Positions 26,752 through 41,118 are shown, numbered from the stretch's first letter. The stretch is 64,000 nt of DNA from Octopus vulgaris (GCA_951406725.2 OX597817.1:19158001-19222000); one strand, 5' to 3'. Made by a program: numbers and translations. The notes: generated from the letters alone by a model not told the origin.

Positions 26752-27073
26752 GTGTGTGTGTGTTTTTGTGTGTATGTATTTGTGAGTGTTTATGGGTGTA
26801 TGATCATGCATTTGTTTGCAAGAGTGTGTACGCTCGGACGTAGCTATTGTCTTTTGCTAAAAAGCTTAAGTTACGAATTGAAATGAGTTACGACTTTCTA
26901 CTACAAAATTTAATATTGTAATACTTACAGACCATTATCTACTTGCTATATATATGTAAATATACATGTGCTTTAGCCCGATAAGAAAATCGTCTGTTTT
27001 TATAAAACACGCATGTGTATGTGACGATAAGAATTACTTATGCTTATCTCTCTCTCTATCTCTCTCTCTCTTT

Positions 27074-27230
27074 AGTGGCTGTGTGGTAAGTAGCTTGCTA
27101 ACCAACCACATGGTTCCGGGTTCAGTCCCACTGCGTGGCGTCTTGGGCAAGTGTCTTCTGCTATAGCCCCGGGCCGACCAATGCCTTGTGAGTGGATTTG
27201 GTACACGGTAACTGAAAGAAGCGTGTCGTA

Positions 27231-27286
<56 letters not shown>

Positions 27287-27519
27287 TGTGTGTGTATATG
27301 TTTGTGTGTCTGTGTTTGTTCCCCTAGCATTGCTTGACAACCGATGCTGGTGTGTTTACGTCCCCGTCACTTAGCGGTTCGGCGAAAGAGACCGATAGAA
27401 TAAGTACTGGGCTTACTTACAAAGAATAAGTCCCGGGGTCGATTTGCTCGACTAATGGCGGTGCTCCAGCATGGCCGCAGTCAAATGACTGAAACAAGTA
27501 AAAGAGTAAAAAGAGAGAG

Positions 27520-27520
<1 letters not shown>
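27074..27520 (+). mobile_element. SINE family A copy
   Basis: Near full-length match to family A with an expanded internal (TA)n. Confidence 0.9.
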
Positions 27521-27567
<47 letters not shown>

Positions 27568-27914
27568 TGTGTATGTGTGTGTGTGCGTGCGTGTCTGTGT
27601 GTATAATATATATATAAATTAGTGAAAAAGCTACTATTAATCAATTCAAACTATAAGTCAACAATAATGACGGTAATGTTTTGATGAATAATCAAATAGA
27701 AAAATATTTCTTGTGAAAAATGTTTCTTGGGGAAGTGGAATCGTGATTGTTGTTATGGAGGAGGCTCCGTTGGCTGAGTTTGAGACTTAGAAAGTAGTTT
27801 GAATTGCATAATAGTGGATTTTCTCTAATTCATATATATTATATACTTATATTGTGAAATTTGATTTAATACTAATTTGAATTTTTCTCTGTAAGCTTGG
27901 AGTTATACTCCCTA

Positions 27915-27953
27915 TCATTATTATTATTATTTTTACTATTATTATTATTATTA

Positions 27954-28008
<55 letters not shown>

Positions 28009-28049
28009 CACCAGCATCATCATTATTATTGTTATCATTATTATTATTA

Positions 28050-28086
<37 letters not shown>

Positions 28087-28133
28087 CATCATCATCATTA
28101 TCCTCATCATCATCATTATTATTATTATTATTA

Positions 28134-28152
<19 letters not shown>
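27915..28152. repeat. (ATT)n/(ATC)n microsatellite
   Basis: Directly visible; explains the poly-I/N/L ORFs. Confidence 0.95.
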
Positions 28153-28164
<12 letters not shown>

Positions 28165-28939
28165 GCATGTGTAAAAACGAAAATATAAGCTATGTATATT
28201 GTTAAGTATATACGTATAAACACACGCCTATGCATACACGCGCACAACACACACACACGCACACATGTATGCATATGTGAGGAAAATTATTCATAACATG
28301 TTGAAGAACAGACATACCTGATAATGAGAATTGAGAATAATTAAATATAAAAGAAACATATATAGAAATACTGGAAACTGATATCCTTAAATATAATAAA
28401 TATTGCGACTTTGAAAGAAGGACGGCTTTAATACTTAACGCGGGGAAATACTATGCTCATAATCGACTTCAGGTTAATGTCACTAATAAGCTAACGAATA
28501 AGAATTATTGAATGCTGGAAAGATAAGTTGAATGATATCAAGAGGGATACGAGAGGGCTGCTCACAATGGACTGAACCATACATCCGCCAATCAGGTGTG
28601 CACCGGTTATATAGAAAAATAGCAGAAGAAATTGGGATAATGACTGTTAACTGAATAAACTAAATTTGTGGCTCGAAGAAAATAAAAACAAGTTGTTCTT
28701 AGATGCAAACCATTGAGTGAAGGATAGCTTGTGGAATTTGTAGGTTTCCGAAATATAAAAGAGTAAAATATTGATTGTATAAAGGAGCTCCAATTACGAA
28801 GGCATATTAGTATTTGCCAGTAAAGACAGTACGTTGATCGAAAACACCAAAGGTAGGAAGAGTCCCTGAATCCCTTCCCTGACCTTGTGCTCATATCATG
28901 AGATGTTTTAAACATTCAGGAGTAGCCCCATGTACATAC

Positions 28940-29016
28940 TATCAAGACGATCTTGATACTTCTTTTCCATTATCCTGATTTCGTTTCCAAAGCGAATAAT
29001 ACTCCCAACCAGTACC
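28940..29016 (-). CDS. Weak candidate internal exon (77 nt)
   Basis: Acceptor gctttctttag, donor gtatgt, one open frame VLVGSIIRFGNEIRIMEKKYQDRLD. No homology recognised. Confidence 0.2.
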
Positions 29017-29362
29017 CTAAAGAAAGCCAACCTTATTGACTTTGAAATATTTGATTATCATTTCTTTCAGAGTTTGTTACAGGCACACAGCTTTTTGTAA
29101 AAAAATGTTAGGTTAATATTAGAGAGCATTTCTTAATTTTGAAGATGTTTATAACCTTAATAAACATGAATTATTTCGATTAACATTAACCATTTCCGTT
29201 AATATGGAAAATCTTTGGTAAAATTGAACATTCACATGCATTGTTTGCAAGATGCATCCAACTCATTTTTAGGATGCAAATCTCCTGATGAATTTTCTAA
29301 TGTTGACAGTTGTTTTATTTCATTGTTTACTGAGATTATTTATGGCTGGTTCACATCTACTA

Positions 29363-29433
<71 letters not shown>

Positions 29434-30711
29434 TCATTGTCTTGTTATCACCTCCCATGTAATCAGTCAGTCATTTATGCAAATTTCTTCGAACAGATTA
29501 AGTTTGATTTACTAATGGAAGTGTTAGAGAACAAAGTGGAAAATGTGATTGAACAACAATTTTTGGTTTAATTTTATAAGCTCAATCGTCTTTTTTTTTT
29601 ATTATTAATATTAGTAAACAATGAGCTTACATTTCCTTTTCTTCAATCCGTATCTTTTCGTATCTGATTATAACTGTACATCGAATAATAAGGTTATATA
29701 ATTTGAACGTGTCATTAGTAGTTGATTAAATTCTCTATGCTTAAACTCTATGTTTAAAAATTTTATTGAAATTCTGATTTACTTTATATACCAAGGCTAA
29801 CAAGGTACTTTAATCGGAAACGTCCACCCAACACAAAGATTTCTGTAAGGTTACTATATTTCTCCTCTTCAGAATGTAGATTCACTCATTCGTTTAGCAC
29901 AATTAAGTATAGTTTAAAGTTCGTAAAATTCCTGCTTGTCAATCAGCCAGTGTGATTAATGCAGTTCTTAGTATTGGTACTTAACAGCTTAAGTGCTCTG
30001 TTGCCTTGTTCAGTGATACGGCAGGGAGATAATGAAAACATCTTGCGAATCGACTGATCGATAACTTAGCAACTCAGCAATTGTGATTTCCAACCTAACA
30101 TCCATTTAGAACAATTCCTTAATCAAATTTAATCAAATTTGCCATAATGTCATGGCTGACATTTTATTTCTCCAATAATGAATCATGAACACAGACCTAT
30201 GCCTAAAATTAACACGTACCGCACATCAATGGTTTAATGACACAAAGGAATTAAAGTGCTTATAATCAAATACAACGTAGATGTGCTATGCGATATATGA
30301 ACATAATTGTTGCAATAGTTTTCATCCAACATAGTCTCTATAGCTTAATTACAATTCATCCATAAGTGCTTACACTTAATTATGATCACTTGTGAAATAT
30401 AAGCTAACAAAAGCCTATTGAACGAGATATTAAATATGCAGTAGACGTTAGTATTGCATAGGTAGCAAGAAAAATATACCGAAAATAAAAGCCAAAAAGC
30501 GACTACTTTTGGCATAAACACCATAAATAATATAAGCACTCCGTTATAAACCTCCGCTATTGTCTTACAAAAATAATATGCCCACAGCAATATACGTTCT
30601 TAGTTAATCTTCACTGCTAAATATTTATAGACAAAATAATACTGGCATTAATAAACAAAAGAGGTGTGCATCAGTTGCAGTTGTATAGTAAACCAAACGA
30701 ATGCATTTTTC

Positions 30712-30761
<50 letters not shown>

Positions 30762-30762
30762 G

Positions 30763-30844
<82 letters not shown>

Positions 30845-30894
30845 AATATACATACATATGTGTGTGGATGTGTGTGTGTGTGTTTGTGTGTCTG

Positions 30895-31110
30895 AAGGCG
30901 GCGAGCTGGCAGAAACGTTAGCACGCCGGGCGAAATGCTTAGCGGCATCTTGTCTAGCTTTACGTTCTGATTCCAAAAGGACGTCGGGATCGACTTCAAC
31001 TTCCATCATTTTGGGGTCGATAAAATAAGCACCATTTGAGTACTGGCTTCAATGTAATCGACTTGCCCGCTCCTCCCAAGTTGCTGGTCTTGTGCCAAAA
31101 TTTGAAACCA
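30895..31110 (+). mobile_element. tRNA-derived SINE family B (Meta-domain-like centre)
   Basis: Head GGCGGCGAGCTGGCAGAAACGTTAGCACG, central GGGGTCGATAAAATAAG motif, end TGTGCCAAAATTTGAAACC; many copies in the window. Confidence 0.8.
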
Positions 31111-31618
31111 ACATTAAAACTTATAACGCAGTGTTATATATATCATTTGTAAGATGTCGTGCATATTGAATCCATATTTATCCTCGTTATAATTAACTAG
31201 ATAAACACAATTTTCTGACAACTCTGGCCTTGATGATTCCTAGTAAGATATTAAGGAAGATTCTTCGGTTTGATAAACTGTATTCCATTCTTTATTTCCG
31301 TCGTAGGAATAAATATTATTATCATAATATTGATTAAGATTCAAATCAAGGCTTTTCATAGGTTTAATGTTCCCTAATATGTGAGTCACACAATACTTAA
31401 AAGCAAATATGACAAACACAACGACGATGGTGATGATGAGAAGATGAGAATAAAAATGATTACGATGCTGATAATTCTGGCGAGGATGGAGAGGACGATG
31501 TTCATACAAATAGATATTGTGATCGGAAGATTAGTGGAGTATATGTAGAGTGAGATTATGAAACTGTTATGAGTACGATGAAGAAATATGATTAATGACG
31601 ATAAGGAGTTATCATAAT

Positions 31619-31825
31619 TAGCTGGCAGAATCGTTAGCACACCGGACAAAATGCTTAGCAGCATTTCGTCCGTCTTTACGTTTTGAGTCCAAATTCCGCC
31701 TAGGTTTACCTTGCGTTACCTCCTTTCGGGGTCGATAAAATAAGTACCAATTGGGTACTGGTGTTGATATAATTGAATCACCTCCTCCTCACAACATTGC
31801 TGGCCTTGTGCCAAAATTTGGAGTC
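31619..31825 (+). mobile_element. SINE family B copy
   Basis: Matches 30895-31110. Confidence 0.8.
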
Positions 31826-31829
31826 ATCA

Positions 31830-32152
31830 TATTATTATTATCATTATATAGTGAGAGAGTAGTGCATGCCATCAAAGCATCAAAGTAAAACTGGTGTAAA
31901 ATATACGAAGCCAAGTATATCCATCATGGCTACCCGTCTGTTAAAGGTACACCAGGCACGTGCATCACAACCACATGTGAGCAACATGGTGATCTTATAT
32001 AAAGATAAACAGTGCGGAACCTTGCAGGTGGGACTCCGAATATTCTTCAGGTCAAGTAGCCCATACAGCTGAAATGTTCTCTGAATAAGGCTTACTTTAG
32101 GATGTTGAACGAAACATCCATGTTTCCAGAGGTGAATTATCCAAGCCCCTAA
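31830..32152 (-). mobile_element. Retroposon 3' segment with (AAT)n tail, shared with 45305-45515 and 54541-54712
   Basis: 31850-31970 is the reverse complement of 54541-54652; 32045-32150 aligns with 45305-45405. Confidence 0.7.
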
Positions 32153-32560
32153 CAGGCAGCGACCGAAGAATGCTAGGGGATTATAAATTTAAAGAGCGAC
32201 GCGTATAAAATTGAAAAAAGAGATTGCTCTCAGATACATGCGTGTCGTTCTGAGGAGGTTAAGGAAAACAATATCGAATGTCAAAGCCATATCCATGCTA
32301 TGTTTGCGGAGGTTTACATTTTAAAAGTAAGGTCAGGCTGCTCTTGGGTGCTACTGGTAATATGTAACCCAGTACAACCTGTTGCATGCACGGAGACATC
32401 GAGAAATTGGTGAAAGCGGCAGCCTAACTGCCACCAGTAAAGTACCTATTATGTCCCGTAAATAGACGGCAAGTCGGCAGAGGTCTTTGAAGAGTTTTGT
32501 TAGAGGCCGGTAAGAATCGGTGTGTTATTTCTGCGTTGAACTTGCTCCGAAAACGTAAGT

Positions 32561-32917
32561 TGTCGTAATATTAGTTGTTCTAATTAATGTATGTTGTGTG
32601 TTGGTCCCGTCACTAGAATGCGGTAACGGCTCGATTTATCTTTAGGGCTTTGTGCCTAGAGTAGAAAAAGGGTTCGATTTCCCTGCTCACACTATATCGA
32701 ATACAGCTGTGCAGTGTTAAACAGCTAGAGATGTCTTTTGAGGGATAAAAAATCGCACTAAAATCCATTCTAGCGGAAAACAAGAGTGCTTAGTAGAGGG
32801 AAAAATAAGATTGCTAACAAGAGTGCTTAATACAAAGAAAAAGAGAGCTGTGTGCATAAAACGAACAATACTACCTAAGATTCAGGTAACAATCACGTTA
32901 CAACATCTGGCAGCGAG
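32561..32917 (+). mobile_element. Probable LTR (32561-32905) followed by a primer-binding site
   Basis: Imperfect inverted termini TGTCGTAAT...GTTACAACA, then 2 nt and TGGCAGCGAG, a Gypsy-type PBS pattern. Confidence 0.45.
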
Positions 32918-33140
32918 TCGTCAAAAAAATAAAAGTGACGAGGTACAAAAGAATTAAAAATTCCAAATTTCAAACACCAGGCCGATACTATGTGAAAAGG
33001 TCGACATTGTTGAAAAATTCAAATTCTTAATTTCAAATTCCTGGTCGATACTGTGCGAAAGGCCGATATTGTGTAAAAGATACTAGAAAAATAAATAAAT
33101 AAAAATGATAACTTTAACTTCAAATGGAACTCAGTCTCAT

Positions 33141-33276
33141 AGAGGGAGATGTTGTAGCGAGTGTCATTGACACTCCTAGGGAATTTGAAGAATGTATGGT
33201 CGGTAGTAGTCTGTGTGAGCGTTTGGTAGTTTCGCGAAGCATGTCGTGTGAACACATTCATTAAACCTCCGCTACA
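33141..33276 (+). mobile_element. Polypurine tract plus short LTR-like segment
   Basis: AGAGGGAGA followed by TGTTGTAGCG...ATTAAA...CGCTACA, with inverted termini TGTAGCG/CGCTACA. Confidence 0.45.
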
Positions 33277-34189
33277 TAATTTATATATACCAACCTGTGG
33301 CAGGATATAAAATATGTCTAAACCATTTCAATTTAATGGGGAATTTAATGAAGATGATTTTAAAAATTATAGAAAGAAAATATTACAGGCTCCGAGGCAT
33401 CACATCTTATCAAATATCAGTAAAAATTTATAAACATTTGAATTAAAAACAGTTTATCTTCTGTCTGGGGGTCAAGACATGTTCTTGTGCTATTTCATTA
33501 GGCAGTATAAATTGTGTGCATTGAAGTACCGTATTGATTGCAATTTATATAAGGTGTTGCGTCCATTCATTGCAGTACTTTCTATACTAGTTCTTAATAG
33601 GAATTTTGAGGAGAAAAATGTGTTTTACAAATTCGCTTGTAGAGTGTTGAAAATCAATACCCACCAAAAATTTCAGATGTCTATTTTTTATTGTTGAGGT
33701 GCAATGTCTCAGAGAAGAGACAGAGAGGAATCAATTTATCTGAATATACAATAGGTGCAAGTGTTTTGTTAACTTTTCTGTATGAGAAAATATTTTAAGG
33801 TCTATTTATGAAAATATGTAATTATACATTTATTTTAATTGGAAATGTACAAAAAATAATTTTAATATTTAACTCCAAACTTTTGAGTAGATTGTTCTAA
33901 TTATATAGCTTATATTTCTATTCTGCTAAGTATGTGTTCAGGGAGAAAAGCAATATCATGCTCCTGTATGTATTAATAATCACATTGTATATAATATGCT
34001 GCAATCAACAGCTTTCAGAATATGACTATTTCTCTGGAAATCTACTGAAAACAAGTAACTGAAAAACCTTGAAATGACACGCGCAGGATTGCGAATATAG
34101 ATGGCAGATAATTGGGATTCTTAATGTTTTGGAAAAGAAAGAAAATTCTGAAGCATTTCACATAGTTTCGAAAGGCTGAAAACAAGATG

Positions 34190-34720
34190 AATTTTAGAAC
34201 AGTTATTAGGAGAATGCTCAAAGAAGCTGGTATTGTATCTACAAGATGTAGGACGAAGTCTTAGGTAATCAAGAAAATATTGCACAAGTATGGTAATTAT
34301 ATTTCAGATGTGTCTCAGATAGTTGTCTAGAGTGATGAATCAATATTTGAAGTTTGTTTCAATGTCTCGAGTGAACTGGTGAAAGATTCCCACTTGGACG
34401 AATTTGAATAGCTGTAAAGCAGGCGATTAATGGTATATCATGTGGTTCAGTTTGTCTACAGGTGTTGTTAAGCTTATACGTCGTGAACAGTCAATTATTT
34501 ACTTTGAATAACTAAAAATGTCAGGGTGAGTGAGTGAATGAAAGAGAGAGAGATTTATGACGAAGCCAGTATAAATATTCCCTGAAGGGAAAGACAAAGT
34601 ATCCTTCCAAAAGACAATACTCTGATCATTACTAAGAAATAAGAAAAAAGAAAAGAAAAATGGTTTCAAGAAAATTTCATATTGCATATAGGTTCTTCCT
34701 GTGTCAAGTCATTTCAGAAA
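34190..34720 (+). pseudogene. Highly decayed Tc1-like transposase
   Basis: RTVIRRMLKEAGI, IVV*SDESIFEV (cf. WSDESKF) and a KDN motif (cf. QDNAP) in the expected order. Confidence 0.55.
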
Positions 34721-35222
34721 CTAGAAATCAAGGAATTTTATAAGGACATTCATTGTCTATTATTGATAGATTTGCTCATGAGGATGATGCTGGGGATGAT
34801 TTTGCTGCTGCTACTAATGATGTCATAAAGACAACGACTTTCGATATAATAAGTTAAAGATGTGATAACTATACTTTGATAAAATAAGGACCAAAACTGA
34901 TATGCTCAGGTGGAGATGATCCTTTACAAACAAGAGAAATCATATAATGATAATAATAAAATCAGGAGAAATCATACAAATGAATATGAAATCGTCATTA
35001 ACTATACTTTGATTAAGAAGACAACATACACTAACTTTTGGGAATATCAACTACATATTTATCTACAGACTGCCTGCTGAAATCTATATGATGGTAAATG
35101 AGTTTAGAAGTATATTATTTACCCAGATAGACCGAATACATTGTGAATGCTTCCACTTTCAGCGTTAATAAAAACTACAGGCATACTCGAACAGATTGTA
35201 CATTTGCAAAAATGCAACTTAC

Positions 35223-35436
35223 CCGTCGAACTCTTATGATGCACCACTGCATCAAATTGATGGCGGTAAGATAAAACTTTTTACCACGCTTAACCGCCAT
35301 AATGAACACAACTATACTGAATAACAATCTAAGCGCCGTTCTTATTCTTGATAGAAAGCTCAATACTTTTACCAACATCTCTACAGACTTTATACATGTA
35401 CATTCACATTGTCACGAATATCATGGCATAACTCTT
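35223..35436 (-). CDS. Candidate start-codon exon of a minus-strand gene (ORF from 35378)
   Basis: Strong acceptor cattttccttgtttccag and consensus donor CGG|gtaagt. An in-frame stop lies upstream of the ATG; encodes MLVKVLSFLSRIRTALRLLFSIVVFIMAVKRGKKFYLTAINLMQWCIIRVRR. Linkage to the 3' exons is unproven. Confidence 0.4.
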
Positions 35437-37656
35437 CTGGAAACAAGGAAAATGAGTACCAACAACATCCTGCAACATCACAACTAATTTCTAAACTTTA
35501 ATAATACCATACTGAATGTTATTTACAATGTTTTTGATTAGAAACTCGTGCTTTATATATGTCGGCTTTATTCTATTTCGCATATGCTGGTGTATCTGCT
35601 TTGATTTGGCTTGATATGTTTGGTGTAGTGTTGTTTCTAGGAAAATATAAATCTACATTCATTGTAAGAAGGAATTATTTCCATTGCAATATCACACAAC
35701 AATCGCAAATCGTATGTAAAGAATCGTGTGAATACTTTTAGGTGATTGGGATAGAAGCGCACGTTTTTTCTACATGTGTCTAATTGTATGGAAATGAAGT
35801 GGGATGGAGCTGGAATAACTTTAAGAATGTCTGCCAAATATAATAATAGAAAGAAAGAAATATACAGAAACAAATCACTCAATGTTAATGTAAGTAGTAT
35901 ATAAAGAGAAACAAATAAAATCATAAGGAAATCTATCTTTTTCTATTTTTTTCTTGACATCCATCATTTGACAATATGACAATTTCTTTGAAAAGGTATT
36001 CTGATTTTGTTTTGTAACAACTAGATTCTTTAAGGAACATCACACGTTATATGAGTTCCCTTATATCTCCACATTAACTGAGGTTTCTGATGTAAAGAAA
36101 TGCTTTTTTTCCTAATAGAGTATATTGCATAAGAAACAAAATACACTCATTTGTTTGTCATTTCCAACAACTCCCATTCACACATAGATGTACCATCCTT
36201 CATTCCTTCTGAATCTTCTCCATCAAACGTCATCCACATTTATTCTACACCTCAAGCCAAAATATAAACTGATTTCATGAAGAGAGACCTCACAAATAAC
36301 TTCGAGTGAGGTCATATAAATGTCACTTTATGGCAATATAACAAACCATAATCACTACACATACACAAAGAAAAACAAAAATGTAAAATCATTAGCATGA
36401 ATCTCTTAAGCATCAGCAACGCATAACTAGAACTTTCTCGGTGAGATCTCAAATGTTGAGCCTCATTGCCACATGCGAACTCTCCTAACGAGTAAACATA
36501 ATTTACAGAGTAAAATACTGTATCTTTAAGTCTGACATATCTTTTAAGAACCAGTAAACTACTTCGACACAATCTTATTTAAGTGGAATGCAGAGGGTTT
36601 GCAGGCCGGTTCCTCTGTAGAGAATATATTTGGCATCACGCGGTCTTGTGGGCAGAATATCACCAGGCTGGCTGTGAAGGCAGCAGGAGTTGCCTCAAAG
36701 TTGTTGTGGAGATAGAGCCATGGAAGAAAAGTGCTACCATGAACAGTGCTAACTGAACACAAGCTGGGGCTTGAACAGTCCAGTTTGGGGCGCCTGGGAT
36801 GTTGAAATATCTGAATCGCATAATAATTTCAGGGAACATAACTGCTGAAGCATCAACGCGCACTACAGGGTGATGTATGAAAAAACCCTAAGAATCCCAA
36901 GTAAAACGTACAATTGAGTACTATTGCCATGAATGAGATTCTGCTGCTACATATACACAATCATCCTCCTTGCTAGCATCTAGAGGAAGGCCGCTTGAAT
37001 GATAGGTACGTAGTAACTAAGAATATAAACGCCACATGAGTATATTCAATATTCTTATGAACGGGAAGCCTGTAATAATCCTGGAATTATATGGGGAAAA
37101 GAAAAAGAAAGTCTACAGATTCGTTGGTGAAATTCTAATTCTTTATTTTCTGCACACCAGAGTATTTTAGAATGCATGTTTTCTGTTTTCTTGTTCACAA
37201 GAATATTCTACATTCATGTATTGTTAATGTTCACCTTAGCATAAAGTTTTGGCTAAGAAGTCAATAGAAAGGTTTCTGTTATACACTATTCCAATGAAAC
37301 AAAACATGGCTAATACACAATCCCTATTGTACCCATGTATGTTGTCAATGAATCGTCAGATATTCATGTTCGACTATCCAGTTTGCATAAGCCTTCAGTA
37401 ACAATATAATCTTTGAAAATAAAAGTGCCGAGTTGTTGAAGAAATCTCACTGAAAGACTAAAATAGGCATGACCATATGACTTTCTTTAACGGGAATGGT
37501 GTATATGACGTATATAGAGACAAAAAAATATACACATATACATATATATACCCACGTACGTAAGAGTAGTCAGGGGGAGTTCGACGAGTGTCGAGGAACC
37601 ACATTAGAAGCTTTTGGTCCGACTTTATCCTAACGATATGCAATTTCTATATATAT

Positions 37657-38059
37657 ACTCTTACTCTTTTACTCTTTTACTTGTTTCAGTCATTTGACTG
37701 CGGCCATACTGGAGCACCGCCTTTAATCGAGCAACTCAACCGCGGGACTTATTCGTTGTAAGCCCAGTACTTATTCTATCGGACTCTTTTGCCGAATCGC
37801 TAAGTGACGGGGACATAAACACACCAGCATCGGTTGTCAAGTAATGTTGGGGGGACAAACATATACACACAAACACATACATGCATATATATATACATAT
37901 ATACGACGGGCTTCTTTCAGTTTCCATCTACCAAATCAACTCACAAGGCTTTGGTCGGCCCGAGGCTATAGTAGAAGACACTTGCCCAAGGTGCCACGCA
38001 GTGGGACTGAACCCGGAACCATGTGGTTGGTAAACAAGCTACTTACCACACAGCCACTC
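37657..38059 (-). mobile_element. SINE family A copy
   Basis: Matches family A. Confidence 0.9.
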
Positions 38060-38206
38060 AAACTTGTTCTTATCAGTAGAGCCCCATAAATAACGCTCAC
38101 AGTCCAACTCACGCTTATTTATTGTCATTATTTTATTTTCAGTTACTACCAGCATCAGTACTAACATTACGTTCCACCCTTCCGATTGATGGTTATGATT
38201 ATTATC

Positions 38207-38472
38207 GGGTCTTTTCAATCTGTCACAGATTTTTAAAATTATTTTGTTTTTAATTCAGCAGTTTGTAACTTCGGATACTGGTTGTACGTGACATGTAGAA
38301 CACGGTTTACTCTTGACGTTTTTGATAAAATTTTGTATTTTAGACGTCATTTCGTGTTATAGTTATCATATTTGGGTAATCGTAAGCAATTAATGACGTG
38401 TATTCAGCTGAAGAATGTTACTGCTGTTTGCGAAATTTACGGAAGAGCAACACTTCTGGCTCATCGTGTCAT

Positions 38473-38540
<68 letters not shown>

Positions 38541-39401
38541 GATGTGGGAGATAATTGTATAAAAGATAAAACAGGTGGGTGAGAAAAACAGAAAGTTCGT
38601 ATATAGAGAATACGTGTGTGTGTGTGTGCATGTGTATTTTTTTCCATCGTATCCAATGTGTTCTCTCATTTATGTAACGTTTGCGTGTGACTTTGGGAAA
38701 GATTTGGGGTTATTTCCAGCAGATCGTAGAGAGAAAGAGAGAGAGAGAGAGAACGGAGAGAGTGGTGGTGTGTTGACGATCTGAATGACAACTGATATAA
38801 ACTTATCAGCCCCTACCACTACTTATTGACTTATTAAACCCTCTTCTTTTCTTGCTTTCATCTGGGGTTTTATCAGCTTTACATATGAATGTATGTGTGT
38901 GTGTGTGTGTGTGTGATGGACAGCAGAAACGCTGTATGGACAACTGTCGTCAACTTCAAAACCCCCTCCCTCCTTAAAGCCATGTATTCCTCACACCCAC
39001 CTTCCTTTCCTTTCCTCAGTGCTGTAAAAATTGCTTGTATGTGTATGCATTGGTGTGTGTGTGTATGTGTGTGTGTGTGTATACGTACACATCTGTTTAT
39101 GTATTTACGTACATATATGTATGCAGCGTCCAAAACAAATGACCCGATGACACGGATGTTGTTGCACTTCCATTACTTTCGCAAAAAGTAGTAACTTCAG
39201 CTGAATACACGTCATTGATTGGTTAAGATTACCTAAATACGACAACTTTAACGCGAAATAACTTCCAACATACAAAATTTTGTCAAAAACGTTAAGAGTA
39301 AACCGTGTTTTACGCGATACATCAACCAGTATCCGAAGTTTCAAACTGTTTAGTTAGAAAAAAAATAATTAAAAAATCTATATCTGAGATTGAAAAGATA
39401 C
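38207..39401. mobile_element. MITE with ~265-bp imperfect TIRs and 8-bp TSD (MULE/Merlin-like)
   Basis: Arms 38207-38472 and 39139-39401; termini GGGTCTTTTCAAT / ATTGAAAAGATAC; TSD TTATTATC at 38199-38206 and 39402-39409. Confidence 0.8.
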
Positions 39402-39973
39402 TTATTATCAAAAACATAATTACAAGCGTTTTTTTTTTTTATCAACAGTGTGTGTGTGTGTGTGTGTAAAAGAGACCTTGTATATATTCACATTTGTATG
39501 CCTGTACTCATCAGTGAATATTCTTTACGGAATATACTGACAAATCTAGACTTGGAGTTCTATTTTTCTTTAAGAACTCCATATTAACATTTCTGATGTT
39601 GACCATACTGAACACCAGCTACAACTTTTCTCTTAGTCGGAATTTGCTCCGTTCCCCCACCTTCCGCATCACGTCAATCACCCTCACAATTGACTACACT
39701 CCCTTAATTTGCCATTAATTTCTATTATTTAGTATTAATATTAATGTATTCTAACCTATACATGGCTATTAATTCATATGCGCATTCTTAATTTATCTGA
39801 TCATCAAGATATCATCATCACCGATATCAATGCTATCCTTAATGCCTCCCACTATACTAATAGCTGTTGAAGCATACTTTCAATCTTAGTATCAATTTAT
39901 TCTCTTCCTCTTCGTCGTTGCCGTCATCATCATTATCATCATTATCATCATCGGCATCGTCTACTGCAGTATT

Positions 39974-40396
39974 ACTCTCTTTTTCTCTCTTTACTCTTTT
40001 ACTTGTTTCAGTCATTTGACTGCGCCCATGCTGGAGCACCGCCTTTAATCGAGCAACTCGACCCCGGGACTTATTCTTTGTAAGCCCAGTACTTATTCTA
40101 TCGGTCTCTTTTGCCGAACCGTTAAGTGACGGGGACATAAACACACCAGCATCGGTTGTCAAGCAATGCTAGGGGGACAAACACAGACACACAAACACAC
40201 GCACACATATGCATATATTTACATATATACGACAGGCTTCTTTCAGTTTCCGTCTACCATATCCATCCATTCACAAGCTTTTGGTCGGCCCGAGGCTATA
40301 GTAGAAGGCACTTGCCCAAGGTGCCACGCAGTGGGACTGAACCCGAAACCATGTGGTTGGTAAACAAGCTACTACCACACAGCCACTCCTGCGCCT
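39974..40396 (-). mobile_element. SINE family A copy
   Basis: Matches family A, with full head GGCGCAGGAGTGGCTGTG. Confidence 0.9.
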
Positions 40397-41082
40397 ATAC
40401 ATTATACTTCCTTATTTATATTTTTGTCGTAGTAATTTTGCTTTCATTTAGTTTTCATGGAGAGTATGAGGGTATTTTGTGTATGCGGGCATTTTGAAAA
40501 TACTATAGAGAGTGAAGACCATGCTCTGCATTGTTATGAGCTGCCCTTTGATAAGGCATAGCACTCGTTGAGCCATCCTGCAAGGGATGCGGTGAAGTCA
40601 TGGGACTACAACATGGCGAGTTGTGAAGAGGTATCGGGAGAACTTAAATGAGCCAACGGTGATTCTTACATTGAGGTGAACATAGGAAACCCAGAAGATC
40701 ACCAAGCTCTATCAAGAGGGTAACTGCAACACATCCAGAGGGGTGGGTTCGATGTTTGTGTAACCACCCAGTGAAAGATTCACTATGACTCAAGCTCTCA
40801 GTTCAAATTCATAATAATGGAATTGGATATTGACAAAGACTCAAGGGATCCGCAAAAGCACCGAAGAAAAAAGTATGTGTATTAATATATTCTACACAGC
40901 ATATAGTTTTAAACTGCATGCTTTTAACATAGCTGACCAGTCCCCAAGGTAATTACAGAATCTTGCAAAAACGGTTATCCTTTAACAGCTTTGTCATGGC
41001 ATGCATCAGGTGGCTCCTAAGATACCAATGTTTGGCACGCCGTATCTTTTTTTTTAGATATCTTAGCAGCATGTTAAACAGG

Positions 41083-41118
<36 letters not shown>

